A stretch of 64,000 nt of DNA, from assembly GCF_015706575.1 (NCBI RefSeq), contig NW_024037073.1:19958740-20022739 (forward strand), in the 5' to 3' direction. Below, piece after piece: positions 1 to 11,703 of the stretch. The notes beneath the pieces were generated by a model that was given only the letters and a program-made list of their open reading frames with translations, was not told the origin of the DNA and ran no database searches. The translations under genes were made by a program, and so were the position numbers. This DNA comes from Patiria miniata (taxonomy: Eukaryota). The number at the start of each line of letters is the position of its first letter. Position 1 is the stretch's first letter.

Positions 1-650
1 CCCATTTCTGGAAAACAGGTTTAGAGGCATTTTTGGGTTAGGTTTATCTGTAGCAGAATGAAGAGAAACACTAAAGGGAATCATAGAAAAAAAATTGGGT
101 TGAAAGAGTTTTCACAGTTTGAGAAAAATGAGTTTTTTCACTGGTTTTTCTTAACTACACGAAAGCAATGGAAAGTCCACACTAGTCATGTGAAACAAGT
201 GTGTGTGTGTTTGTCGGGGTTTCTAGCCAGAATACCCTGGAAGGTTAGGGTTAGCACTTCATAACCCTTTAATTGAAACTGACCTGAAAGGTTTTTACAT
301 ATTGTTATGGATATTGACTTCCCACTGAAGTGCTTGGCAGGGGTCAGTAAATGTTTTCCTCCATCTACCGGCCCGTATGTTACTTCAGAAAGCAATGTGA
401 AATGACTCATTCTTGGGTTGCGCAATGTTCCATGCACAACTTGAATTACGCATTTCCGACAGTTTTCATGCATCAAAAATGACTTTGCAACAGTCAGTTT
501 GAAAGTCGTTGCATTTTACTTGCATTGTCCAATGTGCAAATGCAAATAGTCCAACTATTCTTTGTTAGAGCGAAGTTAGTCAAACTATGGTTAACTATAG
601 TTGGCACCCGAACTTGCTCTTATATGTGTTATTGATTTTCGACCTTGTAG

Positions 651-791
651 TTGGTGCGAGCTGTGGCCAGACACCACCAGGAGAAGCATGCCAAGGAGGT
701 GAAGGCAGAGAGGGAAGAGACACAGAAACTGAGAAGGATCGCAGCCAACATGGCTAAGGAGATCAAGACATTCTGGTCAAATATTGAAAAA
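651..791 (+). CDS. SRCAP/EP400-like: SRCAP/EP400(Domino)-like remodeller, exon (HSA domain part: LVRAVARHHQEKHAKEVKAEREETQKLRRIAANMAKEIKTFWSNIEK). The gene is 5'-partial in this window
   Basis: In-frame TAG at 648-650 is followed by an AG acceptor. The translation matches the SRCAP HSA region (RRIASTMAKDVRQFWSNVEK). Donor GTGAGT at 792. Phase 0. Confidence 0.85.
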
Positions 792-1517
792 GTGAGTGCA
801 GAGTCACAATGTTGACCATAATTATGTGACCCTCCAACACAAAACCAGTCACTTGAACCAATTTTTGAAAACTGGGATGTTGGGCTCATTGGAAAGGACA
901 TTGAATAAGCTTTCCAAATATGTATAGAGTATGGGAATTGGACAAAATTTGACAGAGTTATAGGTATGTTCAGTTCCGAATTTTCGGGCTTTGGAAAGAT
1001 TAGAACAAATTTATGTTGTTACAGTTTCCCACATGAACTCCTTAGGAAATTTGCAGATTAAATTCATTGAAAGTGAAATATGTGTATTTTTAAATATGGT
1101 AATTTTTGCCTGTACAATGTATTATAGGTTGAAAAATGTATTAAAGGCATTTTTAAATGCTTTAACCCTCCTATGGAAACCTGCATTCTGAGCCATGCTG
1201 TTTCTGGGGTCAATATTGGTCAAATCACCCATTGGTTTGTTAAAAGTAAGCCAGGGGGAGTGGAAGGAAATTTTGACCATTTGTGACCAGGAGGGTTAAT
1301 CCCTGTTGGTTCCATGAACGCCACACACAGTTGACCCCCTAATCCCACATACCTTAGGTACATGTTAGAGTGTGTTGTTACCTGTCATATCCAAGAATGG
1401 GTTTATTGACTTTAGGGTGGCACGGATTTGTAGGATTTGTTGCTAAAGTAGTTCATGGTAGTTTAACTGGTAGTTTAAGAGTCTGGTTCCCTGACTGTTT
1501 CTTTTATGGGTACGCAG

Positions 1518-1722
1518 GTAGTGCAATACAAGCAGCAGAGCCGGCTGGAGGAGCGGCGCAGGAAAGCCATGGACATGCAGCTGGACTACATCGTGGGCCA
1601 GACTGAGAAGTACTCGTCGTGGCTAACGGAGGGACTCAACCTCAACGCTGCTGGCTCCTCAGCCCAGGGCTCGGTGGCTTCCAGTCCGAGATCAGACCCA
1701 GGGTTATTAGCCACAGGGGAAG
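1518..1722 (+). CDS. SRCAP/EP400-like: exon: HSA domain continuation (VVQYKQQSRLEERRRKAMDMQLDYIVGQTEKYSSWL...)
   Basis: ORF 1506-1832 frame. Acceptor tacgcag|G, donor G|GTGAGT. Near-identical to the SRCAP segment VVQFKQQSRLEEKRKKALDLHLDFIVGQTEKYS. Confidence 0.9.
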
Positions 1723-2422
1723 GTGAGTTTCAAAAGTTTGGTTTGTCAGCATTTCCTGATGTTAAATATCCACTGCAATTTCTCCAAGTCATTTCTAGGT
1801 CATTTCTACTGAGTCATTTCTACGTTATCTAAATCATTTCTACATCCCAGAATTTCTGCACAGTTATCGAATATTACACCCTTCTAGTTTGTTGTCAAAA
1901 TCATGCTTTTTAAGCACCACTTTGATACGATGATCTCACTGGGCACACATGTTCACAATGTGATTGCAAACTCAGGTAAAGATGGGACGGCACTCCAATA
2001 TTAATACACTTGTACAAGTTATCTGTTCTATTTCGCTGTGCGTGACAATGAGTGCAATGGATAGAATGCCCTTTATTGAATGAAACGCCTAGAAGATAAC
2101 CGGTGCATTAGCTTTAAAGGCATGTAGGATCATTTGCATTTATCCCAAAAATAACCTACCGGGTTATTACCAAAAACCTACTTGGATTAAAGATCATTCT
2201 GGTATTAATAAACTCCCTGCGAAATTATTCTTTCTGGTTTGCTGTTATTTAGAAGAAATCAAGAAATGTGTTTTTCCAACGATCAGTCAATTGACTGATG
2301 TTTTTGAAATAAGAGTGCTATCCACGAGATGTGTTTATAGATGAAAAGGTTGTGCATGCATTTTCACTGTTTTCTTGAAAAGCCAAGACTTACAAATGTC
2401 TGAAACCTATCTTGTCTCTCAG

Positions 2423-2718
2423 ATGTAGACTTCCAGCCCGACGGGGACGACACCGACGATGAGGAGACCATCGACGTGGAAGAGCGGGAGGCGGAGCATG
2501 ACCAGGACGCCCACCAGAAGGAGCTGGAACTCCTACAGAAGGACAGCGAGGTGCCCCTGGAGGACCTGATAGGCTCCCTGCCGTCTGAGATCCTTGAAGG
2601 GAAGGGCGAGCAGGGGGTGGAGGCAGGCGCTGCGGAGACTGGTGAGGAGGTGAAGGTTGATGTGACGGTCGGGGAGGAGGATAGGAAGGATGAAGAAGAG
2701 GCGGGATTGAGTGAAGTG
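2423..2718 (+). CDS. SRCAP/EP400-like: exon: acidic region (DVDFQPDGDDTDDEETIDVEE...)
   Basis: Acceptor ctctcag. The phase-1 join gives GAT. Matches SRCAP DGDFQPQEDEEEDDEETIEVEE. Donor GTGAGT at 2719 was chosen because it keeps phase 0 into the next exon. The alternative donor at 2642 breaks the frame. Confidence 0.75.
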
Positions 2719-2755
2719 GTGAGTGGATGGACTGCTACACAAGTTGTAAACTCGG

Positions 2756-3200
2756 GTTAACCCTAACCCCCAGGCCCTTTTGCTAGGATGCGACCTCGGT
2801 TCTTCAAAATCGTCCAGCTGCCTCCTTGTAAAAATTGGATACAGCTTCAATCCTTCAAAATCTTCGGTCGTTTCTTGAATTTGTTCATTGGAGGGGTGAC
2901 CACTGCCTCAATCCTACAAAATCCTCCAACAATCACTGTTAATACAATGATGCAGTGCAGATGATTTTCAGAAGCAGTGCGGATGATTTTCAGAAGCAGT
3001 GCGGATGAATTTAAGAATAATCTGGACCTAAGTGTATGCACGGCAAAGCATAAACACCCTAAGACCTTGACACAGTGCATCCTCCAAAATAAACTGACAC
3101 ATTTTGCCATACAGCCTCAATCCTTCAAAATCCTCCATTATTAAGCAAAGAGGATTTTTGAGGATTTCAGGAGGATTTTTTTCCGGATCGAAGGGATTCA
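2756..3200. mobile_element. MITE-like element, family A (TIR GTTAACCCTAACC…GGTTAGGGTTAAC; internal CCTCAATCCTCCAAAATCCTCC motifs)
   Basis: About 430-bp unit recurring at 8105-8527, 18140-18450, 18906-19134 and 25700-26010 with the same termini. Confidence 0.6.
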
Positions 3201-3459
3201 TTCCCCGCAAAAGCTGCTTCCATGGCACGTAGGTCCTCAAGAAAATAATAGGACACAAGTTTGTGAAATTAGTAAAAACTGACAAGATTGAAAAAAAAAA
3301 CCCAATTACAAAATCAAATTCCCGAACCAAATGTATAAGTATACTACAGCTCATTACACATTTTCCTAATGTGGAATAATATGTTAAGTCAAGGTGCCAG
3401 AGCCAGAAATAGTTGTCAGCGTTATTTGATTTTGTTTGGTACTTTTTATTTGTGTCTAG

Positions 3460-3544
3460 ACCAAAGAAGCAGAGGAAAGTCCTGACAAGGTAGCCAAAGC
3501 TGATGAAGAGTTTGTGCCTTCAACAGACGATGAAGATGAAGAAA
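3460..3544 (+). CDS. SRCAP/EP400-like: exon: acidic linker (TKEAEESPDKVAKADEEFVPSTDDEDEE)
   Basis: Only open frame between acceptor tgtctag| and donor A|GTAAGC. The phase fits both neighbouring exons. Confidence 0.7.
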
Positions 3545-3659
3545 GTAAGCATGATTCAAAACCGTCCCCAATGTTGATAAAATCTGGCTAGTCTCCGTCC
3601 CACAGTCAATATCGATAATGTACCTCCTAACCAATCTCAAGTTGAAATAACGTCATCAT

Positions 3660-3960
3660 TTAACCATGAGTTATTCTTTTTAATTGTGAATCCCCTTCAA
3701 CGCCCATGGTAATAGCTGTCCATCTTTCACCATGGTTTATTTTTTCGAGGGGAAGAGCATCATTACCTCATAAAACCCATGGGGTAGCTACCTCCTATCC
3801 CCATGGCTCCTGTCGGGGTACACAATTAATTCTTAGGTGTGGTATTAACATTTGTATGAAATCACAAAAAGACCCTCCCGCAATCATTTGAAATCCACCT
3901 TGAACCTTCTAGGGTGTCAAGTTTTGACCAGGCCCTACCTTTCTTAATATAGCAATCCTC
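3660..3960 (+). mobile_element. about 300-bp interspersed repeat, family B (SINE-like); second copy at 6908-7215
   Basis: Two roughly 85-90% identical copies in introns 4 and 7 (ACCATGAGTTATTCTTTTTAA…CCATGGCTCCTGTCGGGGTA…). Confidence 0.6.
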
Positions 3961-4710
3961 AGAACGGGAAACAAGGAATGTCTCCTGAAACTTTCATAAA
4001 ATAAAATGATTTTGTTGAAAGTATAATTGGATTAAAAATAAAAAAGGGTTTCATGGTAGGAATTTAAATAGATTTGGTTAACAAAATAAAAAATATTGTG
4101 ACAACCACCAACATTTTATAAAGTGTGTAAAATGTCACTTGGTCTCTGGTACAAGATTCTAAACTTGAACTAAAAAAATATTCAGACTGAACTCTAGTGC
4201 ATGCTGAGAGTATCTTTTTGAAATGATTCCAAGTTTGGACGTTACTTATAGGGTTGAAGCTTAAAGATCCGTTCGTTCCCCGTGCTTTTTTCATCCAGAA
4301 AAATTGATATTTATTTTTTCTACATTGCTGTTTTTCTGGCAATACAAAAGTTAGTCTCTTTTGAATGAGACATTGAACGAAAAACTCAGCTTCGCTTAGT
4401 TGTTCCATTTACATTTCCAATTTTTTACTACCAGACAATACTTTTTCTTCTTGTGGGTCAGTTAGTTCCCGCACCACAATCAGTATCGATAATGGACGGA
4501 CCGGGAGCCAGTCTGCTCACAAAATGGATCTGTTTGTGCCCAAAACAAAAAGGTTTGCAGACATCCAAAACAGGAAAAAAAGGAAAGTTTTGGGTTGGAA
4601 TAAAACATACAAGTTAAAAATTAATAAATAGAAAAACATCAAATTTGTTGAAGAGCAAGGGGAAGGCAATTCGAAACCTTGAATGTATTGAATTTTATTC
4701 ACCTCCCCAG

Positions 4711-4923
4711 TGCCAGATGACGAAGAGACGCTGGAGGAACAGGAGGCAGCCGAGGGCACCATGGACCACACAGCCGAGGTTGCTGAGCTGGAGGCGGAGG
4801 GAGAGATGACCATGGAGGAACTGCTTAAGAAGTACAGCGGGGCGTATGATGAAGACTTTGAGATGCCTGTATCCGAGGAGGAGGAAGAAGATGATGAAGA
4901 GGAAGAAGAGGAGGAAACAGAAG
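4711..4923 (+). CDS. SRCAP/EP400-like: exon: acidic region (MPDDEETLEEQEAAEG...ELLKKYSGAYDEDFE...)
   Basis: Matches SRCAP EEQLEGEVDHAMELSELAREGELSMEELLQQYAGAY. Acceptor ccccag|, donor G|GTAGGT. Confidence 0.85.
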
Positions 4924-5480
4924 GTAGGTCACATGTGACGACATTTGTATTTTGTGAACATACTTCAGTTGTAAGTGTCTGGTATGCAGAATTTTATAGC
5001 AGAAGGTTAAAGGGTGTGGCACAATTTTTTCTTTGTTGCCGTCAACAAATTAAATTAAAATTTTGGTGAAGTAAGTGGATTAAAAGTCAATTTTAAACTT
5101 TTTAAACCACAAATTGCAACCAAAAAATTTCAAATGTTTTGTTTTGAAGTATTTTCACTGGAATCTTCCTGTAGCAACATTTTGAAAGAGAAGTCCATCA
5201 TCAAAGCTGTAATTTTTAAGTGAATTACGTTATGGCAGACATTTTTTTAAAGATAGTGCATTTAGAAAAACTTTAAGTGAGTTTATTTCTAGGGAATATG
5301 CAGCACTGCAAAGTACCTTTTGTTAACTGCTTACCAACTTCTACAGTTGCATGAATCCGCAAGAATTCTGAAGGCAAAATTAACAAGAGCTCATGATGGC
5401 AGTTGCATCAGTGTAGAAGAAAAATTGAGAAGAATTTTGGTAGAGTTACAAGTGTCAATATGTCTTTCATCTACATCTAG

Positions 5481-5704
5481 AAGAAGAAGATGAAGACTCG
5501 GCAACCGATGAGGAAGCTGAATTAACAGACGTCGGGATGGAGTACCTCATCAATCCAGACAAAGAGAATGAGGCTCCAACAGCCTCCACCGCAAAAGCCT
5601 CCGGAGGGCAGTCACAGGACGGAGGACCCAACAAAGAGATCACGGACATAGCGGCAGCAGCGCAGAGCCTGCAGCCAACAGGCTACACGCTGTCCACTAC
5701 GCAG
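5481..5704 (+). CDS. SRCAP/EP400-like: exon: pre-ATPase region (…GMEYLINPDKE…KEITDIAAAAQSLQPTGYTLSTTQ)
   Basis: Strong match to SRCAP FGVEYLL…KKEITDIAAAAESLQPKGYTLATTQ. Donor CAG|GTCAGT. Confidence 0.9.
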
Positions 5705-6551
5705 GTCAGTAAAAGAGTCATTAAAATGGATGGTTCCATATCTGTTATTAAGCCCTGCCCAGCTCTGGTTTGTGTACGTTTCCCCCAGTGCTTGAGACTC
5801 AGTTTAATCAAGATGTCGTCAATGCGAAGGTGCCGTTGAATCCTGAAACCCTAATCCTCCCAAATTCCTTCAAAAATCCTCCATGAGGTTGCGGAGGGTA
5901 AATCCCAGCTAGTTTTACTTCACATGCGACTTGAGAAAGTGCCATTGGTTTAACGCACAGTGGTTGATTGAGAGGATTCATGAAGGTTCCCATTAAAAAA
6001 AAAAAGGTGAAAACTATTGGGTTCGCCCTTGGAGACTAGTATGTTCACATTCTTGTCATTAACTCTCCCTCTCTTGATGGCAATTTCAACAAGGCCAGCC
6101 CAGCAGTCAAAATAAATCAAGTGACTGTTTTTAACAATTGAGAGCTCCCTGACTACGTAGAGCAGGATTGGCTATGGCTAGCTGTGATTGTTATGAAACC
6201 TGATACAGCTATGCTTTGACTGTAGGTGACTGATAAGCCAGCTGTGCCTACTAGTCACCTGCTTTTGTCTGTTGATGGAATACGACTAGTCACAGTGCCT
6301 ACAAGAAATATGATCTGAGTGTTGGTGACTAGCGTGTGTAAAAGGCATGGCAGGGGAACAGGATTGAAATTTTTAACTGTCTGTGACTGATCAAACAAAA
6401 GGAGGGTTAAGATGCACTAATAAACAGGAGGTTGTGGAGTTGGTCTCCTCCAAGCTAGTATGTAAATGAACACAACTTTAGTTAATTATGAAAAGCATCA
6501 GTCATCAACCAAGTTGTTTACCCTTGATTTTCTATGTGTTTTTTTTTTAAG

Positions 6552-6729
6552 GTCAAGACCCCCGTGCCGTTCCTCCTCCGCCACAAGCTGCGCGAGTACC
6601 AGCACATCGGTCTGGACTGGCTGGTCACCATGAACGACAAGAGACTGAACGGCATCCTGGCTGACGAGATGGGTCTAGGCAAGACCATCCAGACCATTGC
6701 CCTGCTGGCTCACCTGGCATGTGAAACGG
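6552..6729 (+). CDS. SRCAP/EP400-like: exon: SNF2 ATPase N-lobe, motif I ([60 protein letters not shown])
   Basis: Walker A GLGKT motif. Almost identical to SRCAP. Confidence 0.95.
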
Positions 6730-6907
6730 GTAAGCAGTCCTGACAACACTAAATGCAGGCTTCAAGTATTACTACTTTTTCCTATTTTTTTTTAACTTGC
6801 TCCTACTTTTCCTCCTATTTTTGTTGAAATTCCTACTTTTTCCCACTTTTTGTCCCACAAATCCGAAAAATGAAATCTCATTGAATATTTTTCATAACAG
6901 TGTTTGA

Positions 6908-7215
6908 AATTTCACCATGAGTTATTCTTTTTAAGTGTGAATCCCCTTCAACGCCCATGGTACAAGCTGTCCATCTTTCACCATGGTTTATTTTTTTGAG
7001 GGGAAGAACAACACTACCTCATAAAACCCATGAGATAGCTACCTCCTATCCTATGGCTCCTGTCGGGGTAGACAACTAATTCGAAGGATTAAAGTTTTGT
7101 CGAATGGTAGTGTAATTTGTTCAGAATCACAAAGAAAGAACCTCTTGTAATCGTTTTAAATCAACCTTGTACCTTTTAGGGTGTCGAGCACAGTGTTCAA
7201 TAATATTGATCAGGC
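6908..7215 (+). mobile_element. family B repeat copy
   Basis: See 3660-3960. Confidence 0.6.
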
Positions 7216-7415
7216 CCCACCTTCCTTAAATTCTCCAAACCCACAGATGTGTATTTTTGGCAGGGTCTGGGTAAGGGATTATTTGATGATGTACCATACA
7301 GCCCAGCCTCCATTTTTATTTCAAGCTCCACGACCATTTTTTTCCCAAGTGAAAAGATTTTCTCTCAACGTTGGATCATTCAACGATTATCTAATGTTTA
7401 TCTTCCCCCATACAG

Positions 7416-7552
7416 GTAATTGGGGTCCACACCTGATCGTGGTACCAACCAGCGTCATGCTGAACTGGGAGATGGAGTTCAAGAAGTGGTGTCCAGGCTT
7501 CAAGATCCTGACCTACTTTGGCAATCAGAAGGAACGCAAGCTGAAAAGACAG
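7416..7552 (+). CDS. SRCAP/EP400-like: exon: ATPase (NWGPHLIVVPTSVMLNWEMEFKKWCPGFKILTYFGNQKERKLKRQ)
   Basis: ORF 7181-7576 frame. Acceptor tacag|GT completes GGT. Matches the SRCAP segment. Confidence 0.95.
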
Positions 7553-7644
7553 GTATTCTTCATTTCAATTTTCTAGTCAGATAATTTTGTTGGGGGATTC
7601 ATACTTAGGTTAAGTGAATTAAAAATCACCATTCCTTCAAAATT

Positions 7645-7852
7645 CAAACAAGTTGTACTGGAGTGTGGTTTTTCATGCTTACAGTGTATTGTAGGTATTT
7701 TTGCTATCGAGGATCGCGCACTCTTTGCTTGTACCTGTAGCGTAATGGTGCTATCCACCTCGAAGATCAAAGCCATCTTCTGGCAACTGAATGCCTCGCC
7801 TGCCCTTTCCATGGCAGGGGAAATTAGATTAGCCAGATACATGTGTTATATG
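7645..7852. repeat. about 205-bp repeat, family C; near-identical copy at 11495-11703
   Basis: About 96% identity between the two intronic copies. The ORFs 7573-7842(-) and 11490-11684(-) are only its translation. Confidence 0.7.
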
Positions 7853-8104
7853 TGAGTGCAAAATGCTAACTTTAATACTAATCAATGTAACTGCGTAAGA
7901 TTACTTAGGGTTAGTTCATTCTTAGCGTGAATGCAAACACAAAATTGAATTTGTGATGTTACGGCAAGCTTTTGCACTGCAAATTTGTATAAGTTGAACA
8001 GATGTCAGCTGTGATGTTCAATTTGGCTGAGTGCTCACATTCCTATTAAGCATAAACAGGCTTCAGGCATTCACACTAAAGTTGTATTCCTCTCATACAA
8101 GCCT

Positions 8105-8527
8105 TTTAACTCTAACTCCTTAGGCCTTCTTACTAGGATGCAACCTCAATCCTGCAAAATGCTCCAACCGCCTCCATGTAAACATTGGATACAGCCTCGA
8201 TCATCCAAAATATTCTGTTATTTCTTGAAGTGGTCCTTGGAGAGCTGATCACTGCCTCAATCCTGCAAAATCCTCCAGCAATCACTGTCAATATGTTGAG
8301 GCAGAGCCAGTGACACCCTGGAGCAGTGGGGAGGATTTCAAGTCTAATCTAGGCCTAAATTTATGCATGGCTGAGCATGAACATCACTAGGTCAGGCCTA
8401 AGACCTTGACACAGTGCATCCTGCAAAATCAGCCACATAGTTTTGCCATACGGCCTCAATCAATCCTTTGACATCCTCCACCTATGTAAGGAGGATTTTG
8501 GAGGATTTGGGAAGGTTAGGATTAAAC
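8105..8527. mobile_element. MITE family A copy
   Basis: Same unit as 2756-3200. Confidence 0.6.
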
Positions 8528-8641
8528 ATTAACGCTCAGACTGTTCTGTTATGGCTGTGGTTACAGTTTTTTGCATTTGGCTTTCTGATTCTTTACATTG
8601 CATTCACCAACCTTGACCCGTTGCACCTCTTTCTCTTCCAG

Positions 8642-8784
8642 GGTTGGACCAAGAGCAATGCCTTCCATGTCTGCATCACCTCCTACAAGTTGGTCATTCA
8701 GGACCACCAGTCCTTCAGGAGGAAAAAGTGGAAGTACCTGGTGCTGGACGAAGCCCAGAACATCAAGAACTTCAAGTCACAGAG
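8642..8784 (+). CDS. SRCAP/EP400-like: exon: ATPase motif II DEAQ (GWTKSNAFHVCITSYKLVIQDHQSFRRKKWKYLVLDEAQNIKNFKSQR)
   Basis: LDEAQNIKN box. Donor AG|GTAGGA, ending in phase 2. Confidence 0.95.
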
Positions 8785-9074
8785 GTAGGAAAACGGAAAA
8801 AACCTGAGCGATCACTCATATACAAAAATCACAGCATTGATATTAGTTTTAGTTTTGAGAACTCTGTTTAAGGATTCCGTGTATGAACAAGAGAGGGCCA
8901 AATAGTGTCCAATGGAAGGACACCCGCACTTTCTGTTCTTTGATTTTTACAATCGATGTATGCCACGGGAGGCAGAAATACAGGTTCCCAATCCATAATT
9001 GGTCATGACTGTGGCGGTGGGAACCAGTCTAAAGAGGCGGGAGTTGTGTTGAATAATCGGTTTACGCGCGAGCA

Positions 9075-9520
9075 GTGACTTGGTGGGTTTCATCCACAGA
9101 GTTGTCAAGTCCATGACAAGTTGGTCACAACTTCAATCACAAGTTGGTAACTTTTGAAATCGCAACTAATGTTTTAAGTAGTAGCACTTGAATAATGACT
9201 GAAAATTCAGAATGTCGTAGTCACAGTTCAATTGAAAAGCTTACTACCTCAAGATTAGATGATTTGTGTTGACAGTCGAGTCCATCACAAGTCTGGTACA
9301 AGTAAATCACAAGTCCAGTCACAAGTCCAATCACAAGAAACAGTGGATGAACAATAACAAAGGAATGCCTTTGTCAGAGTTCATTTGAATAGCTTGTGAC
9401 TTGAATTGGGACTTGTGATGGACTTGTGATGGACTTGTGATGGGCTTGTGATGGGCTTGTGATGGGCTTGCGTTGGGCTTGTGATGGGCTTGCAGGTACT
9501 TGTGATGGACTCGACTACAT
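9075..9520. mobile_element. MITE-like family D, with arms built of (CCATCACAAGTC)n / (GACTTGTGATGG)n 12-mers around the core ACAGTGGATGAACAATAACAAAGGAATGCCTTTG
   Basis: Related copies at 20745-21065, 24355-24625 and 58685-58835. Confidence 0.55.
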
Positions 9521-9619
9521 TCCTGTTATCAATAAACATGTCATTGACGTGATGAGGTTTTTAAGACTAGTCCATAGCGCAGGGAAATCACTGATTTCAA
9601 ATTCTTCCTCGGTTCCCAG

Positions 9620-9839
9620 GTGGCAAACCCTACTCAACTTCAACAGCCAGCGTCGTCTCCTCCTGACCGGTACCCCGCTGCAGAACAACCTGATGGAGCT
9701 GTGGTCCCTGATGCACTTCCTGATGCCTCACGTCTTTGCCTCGCATCGGGAGTTCAGGGAGTGGTTCTCCAACCCGCTGAGTGGGATGATTGAAGGCACG
9801 CAGGAGTACAACGAGGGGCTGATCAGGAGATTACATAAG
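9620..9839 (+). CDS. SRCAP/EP400-like: exon: ATPase motif III (WQTLLNFNSQRRLLLTGTPLQNNLMELWSLMHFLMPHVFASHREFREWFSNPLSGMIEGTQEYNEGLIRRLHK)
   Basis: Near-identical to SRCAP. Acceptor ccag|G completes AGG. Donor AAG|GTAGAC. Confidence 0.95.
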
Positions 9840-10764
9840 GTAGACGTGCACACTGGGATTTTCATAAACTTGGCTGTGTCTGAAACAGCAATTAAAAGCT
9901 ACAGCTGTGTCTATTGTCAGTATGCGCCCGCATAATTGTAATTTCCAAAAACCCAGACAACTGACTTTGTACCAGGCTCATGTGTATGCCAAACATTAGG
10001 TCAAAATTGAGGTGCATATGCATTTCAGGGACCCGGTTGGGGGAGGAGCTTTAGATGAAAGAGTGAGACCTGTGCGTGAGTGTTGTGCGAGCTCAGTAAA
10101 GGCTTTGTTGTTGAGGCCACTAAATACGTTGATATCAAGTTTCAGCTTTTGTAAGAATTCCAAGTGCTTTTACCACATTGTTGAGGCTGTTTGTGCAATT
10201 TAGGTCGTAAAATTGAGTTGATACCTTCTTTCAGCTTGTGGTAGAATTTCAAATATTGACCACATTGTTTATGGGCACATAGTGACCCATGGGTGGTGAC
10301 AACATGAATTACAAGGTTTTACTGAGGACACATTAATGCACATTTAGTTTGGTGCATATACAATGTATAGTTTATTCTGACATTCTCCAATCTTGGTATT
10401 GAACACACTGTTTCAAGCCCAAACTCTATATTTTTAATATTACAAAAAATTTCAAAGTGTCTCTTTAGATCAGAAAATTTGAAAAACAAAAAAAAAATCA
10501 GATAACTTCTAGTGATACCATTCCCCCCCCCCCCCCCCCCCATTTGTTGATGCTCTCAACAACATAGATTGTGTTAATTATGTACAGAGAACTCTTGTCA
10601 CTGGCTCAAGCCCTTGCTTCGGGGTACTTTTTGATGAAAGACTAGGACATATTTGTCACAGATTTTAAAACTGAGTAAATATGTTTTTTACTAACCCAAG
10701 TCCTGCCAAATATGTTTTTAATTGTTCATCACAGGCTTCTTGATTCTTTCCCTCTTGTGTGTAG

Positions 10765-10901
10765 GTCTTAAGACCGTTCCTTCTTCGCCGTCTGAAGATT
10801 GAGGTAGAGCGGCAACTTCCTCAGAAGTACGAGCATCTGGTGAGATGTCGTCTGTCAAGGAGACAACGGTTTCTCTACGACGACTTCATGTCACAATCCA
10901 A
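10765..10901 (+). CDS. SRCAP/EP400-like: exon: ATPase ([46 protein letters not shown])
   Basis: Matches [47 protein letters not shown]. Donor AA|GTATGT. Confidence 0.9.
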
Positions 10902-11297
10902 GTATGTACATTTCACAGTATGTTCCATCAATGCCATACTTAATCCCTCACAGCAGTGAACACTGTGCCGGCAAAACTTTTCATATGTGTTAAACTGCAG
11001 ACAATTTCCTGCCCATTTGCTGGTATAATGGTGTTCCCTAACGTGGCGCACTTCAAAGTTCTGACTTTCGTCATGCAGTGTCGCCAAAATCCTTTGTTGA
11101 CAAACTTCAAATTCATTCAGTTAAATACTGGTGCTTTTACATTAATAATGCTTGCTGTTGAGCCTTTGTGAACAATTTCAGTGTCATGAAATTTAATCCG
11201 AAATTAAAAAATGGTGGCGTCTGGAAATCTGGCACAAAATTGGCCGAGTGTTCCCTAACTTGGAGCACTTGAATAAATCTTAGAAAATCCCAAGTTA

Positions 11298-11440
11298 CAG
11301 GCATGCAATTTTTCCTCAGATCGGCTGATTTCCTTGGTTTTTACTTCTCATGAATGCCATTATCAATTGAAAAATGCTGTACAAAGTCATGTGTGGTTTG
11401 GAGTTTACTCGTGTTTTCTAAATTCCAAGTTGCATGCCTG
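11298..11440. mobile_element. MITE family E (TIR CAGGCATGCAA…TTGCATGCCTG); second copy at 51500-51640
   Basis: Terminal inverted repeats and shared internal sequence. Confidence 0.6.
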
Positions 11441-11494
11441 AAGTTAACATTTACGAATTTCGTTAAAATTGAAAAATTTTGATAAAGCATTAAG

Positions 11495-11703
11495 TCGTGC
11501 TGGAGTGTGGTTTTTCATGCTTACAGTGCATAGTGGGTATTTTTGCTACCGAGGATCGCGCACTCTTTGCTTGTACCTGTAGCGTAATGGTGCTATCCAC
11601 CTCGAAGATCAAAGCCATCTTCTGGCAACTGAATGCCTCGCCTGCCCTTTCCATGGCAGGGGAAAATAGATTAGCCAGATACATGTGTTATATGCGAGTG
11701 CGG
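11495..11703. repeat. family C copy
   Basis: See 7645-7852. Confidence 0.7.

Noticed and set aside
2642-2643. Alternative donor GTGAGG after …AAETG for exon 3
   Set aside because: It would put the next exon (3460) out of frame. The donor at 2719 keeps phase 0.
7573-7842. 89-aa minus ORF duplicated at 11490-11684
   Set aside because: It is the translation of the family C interspersed repeat. There is no coding evidence.
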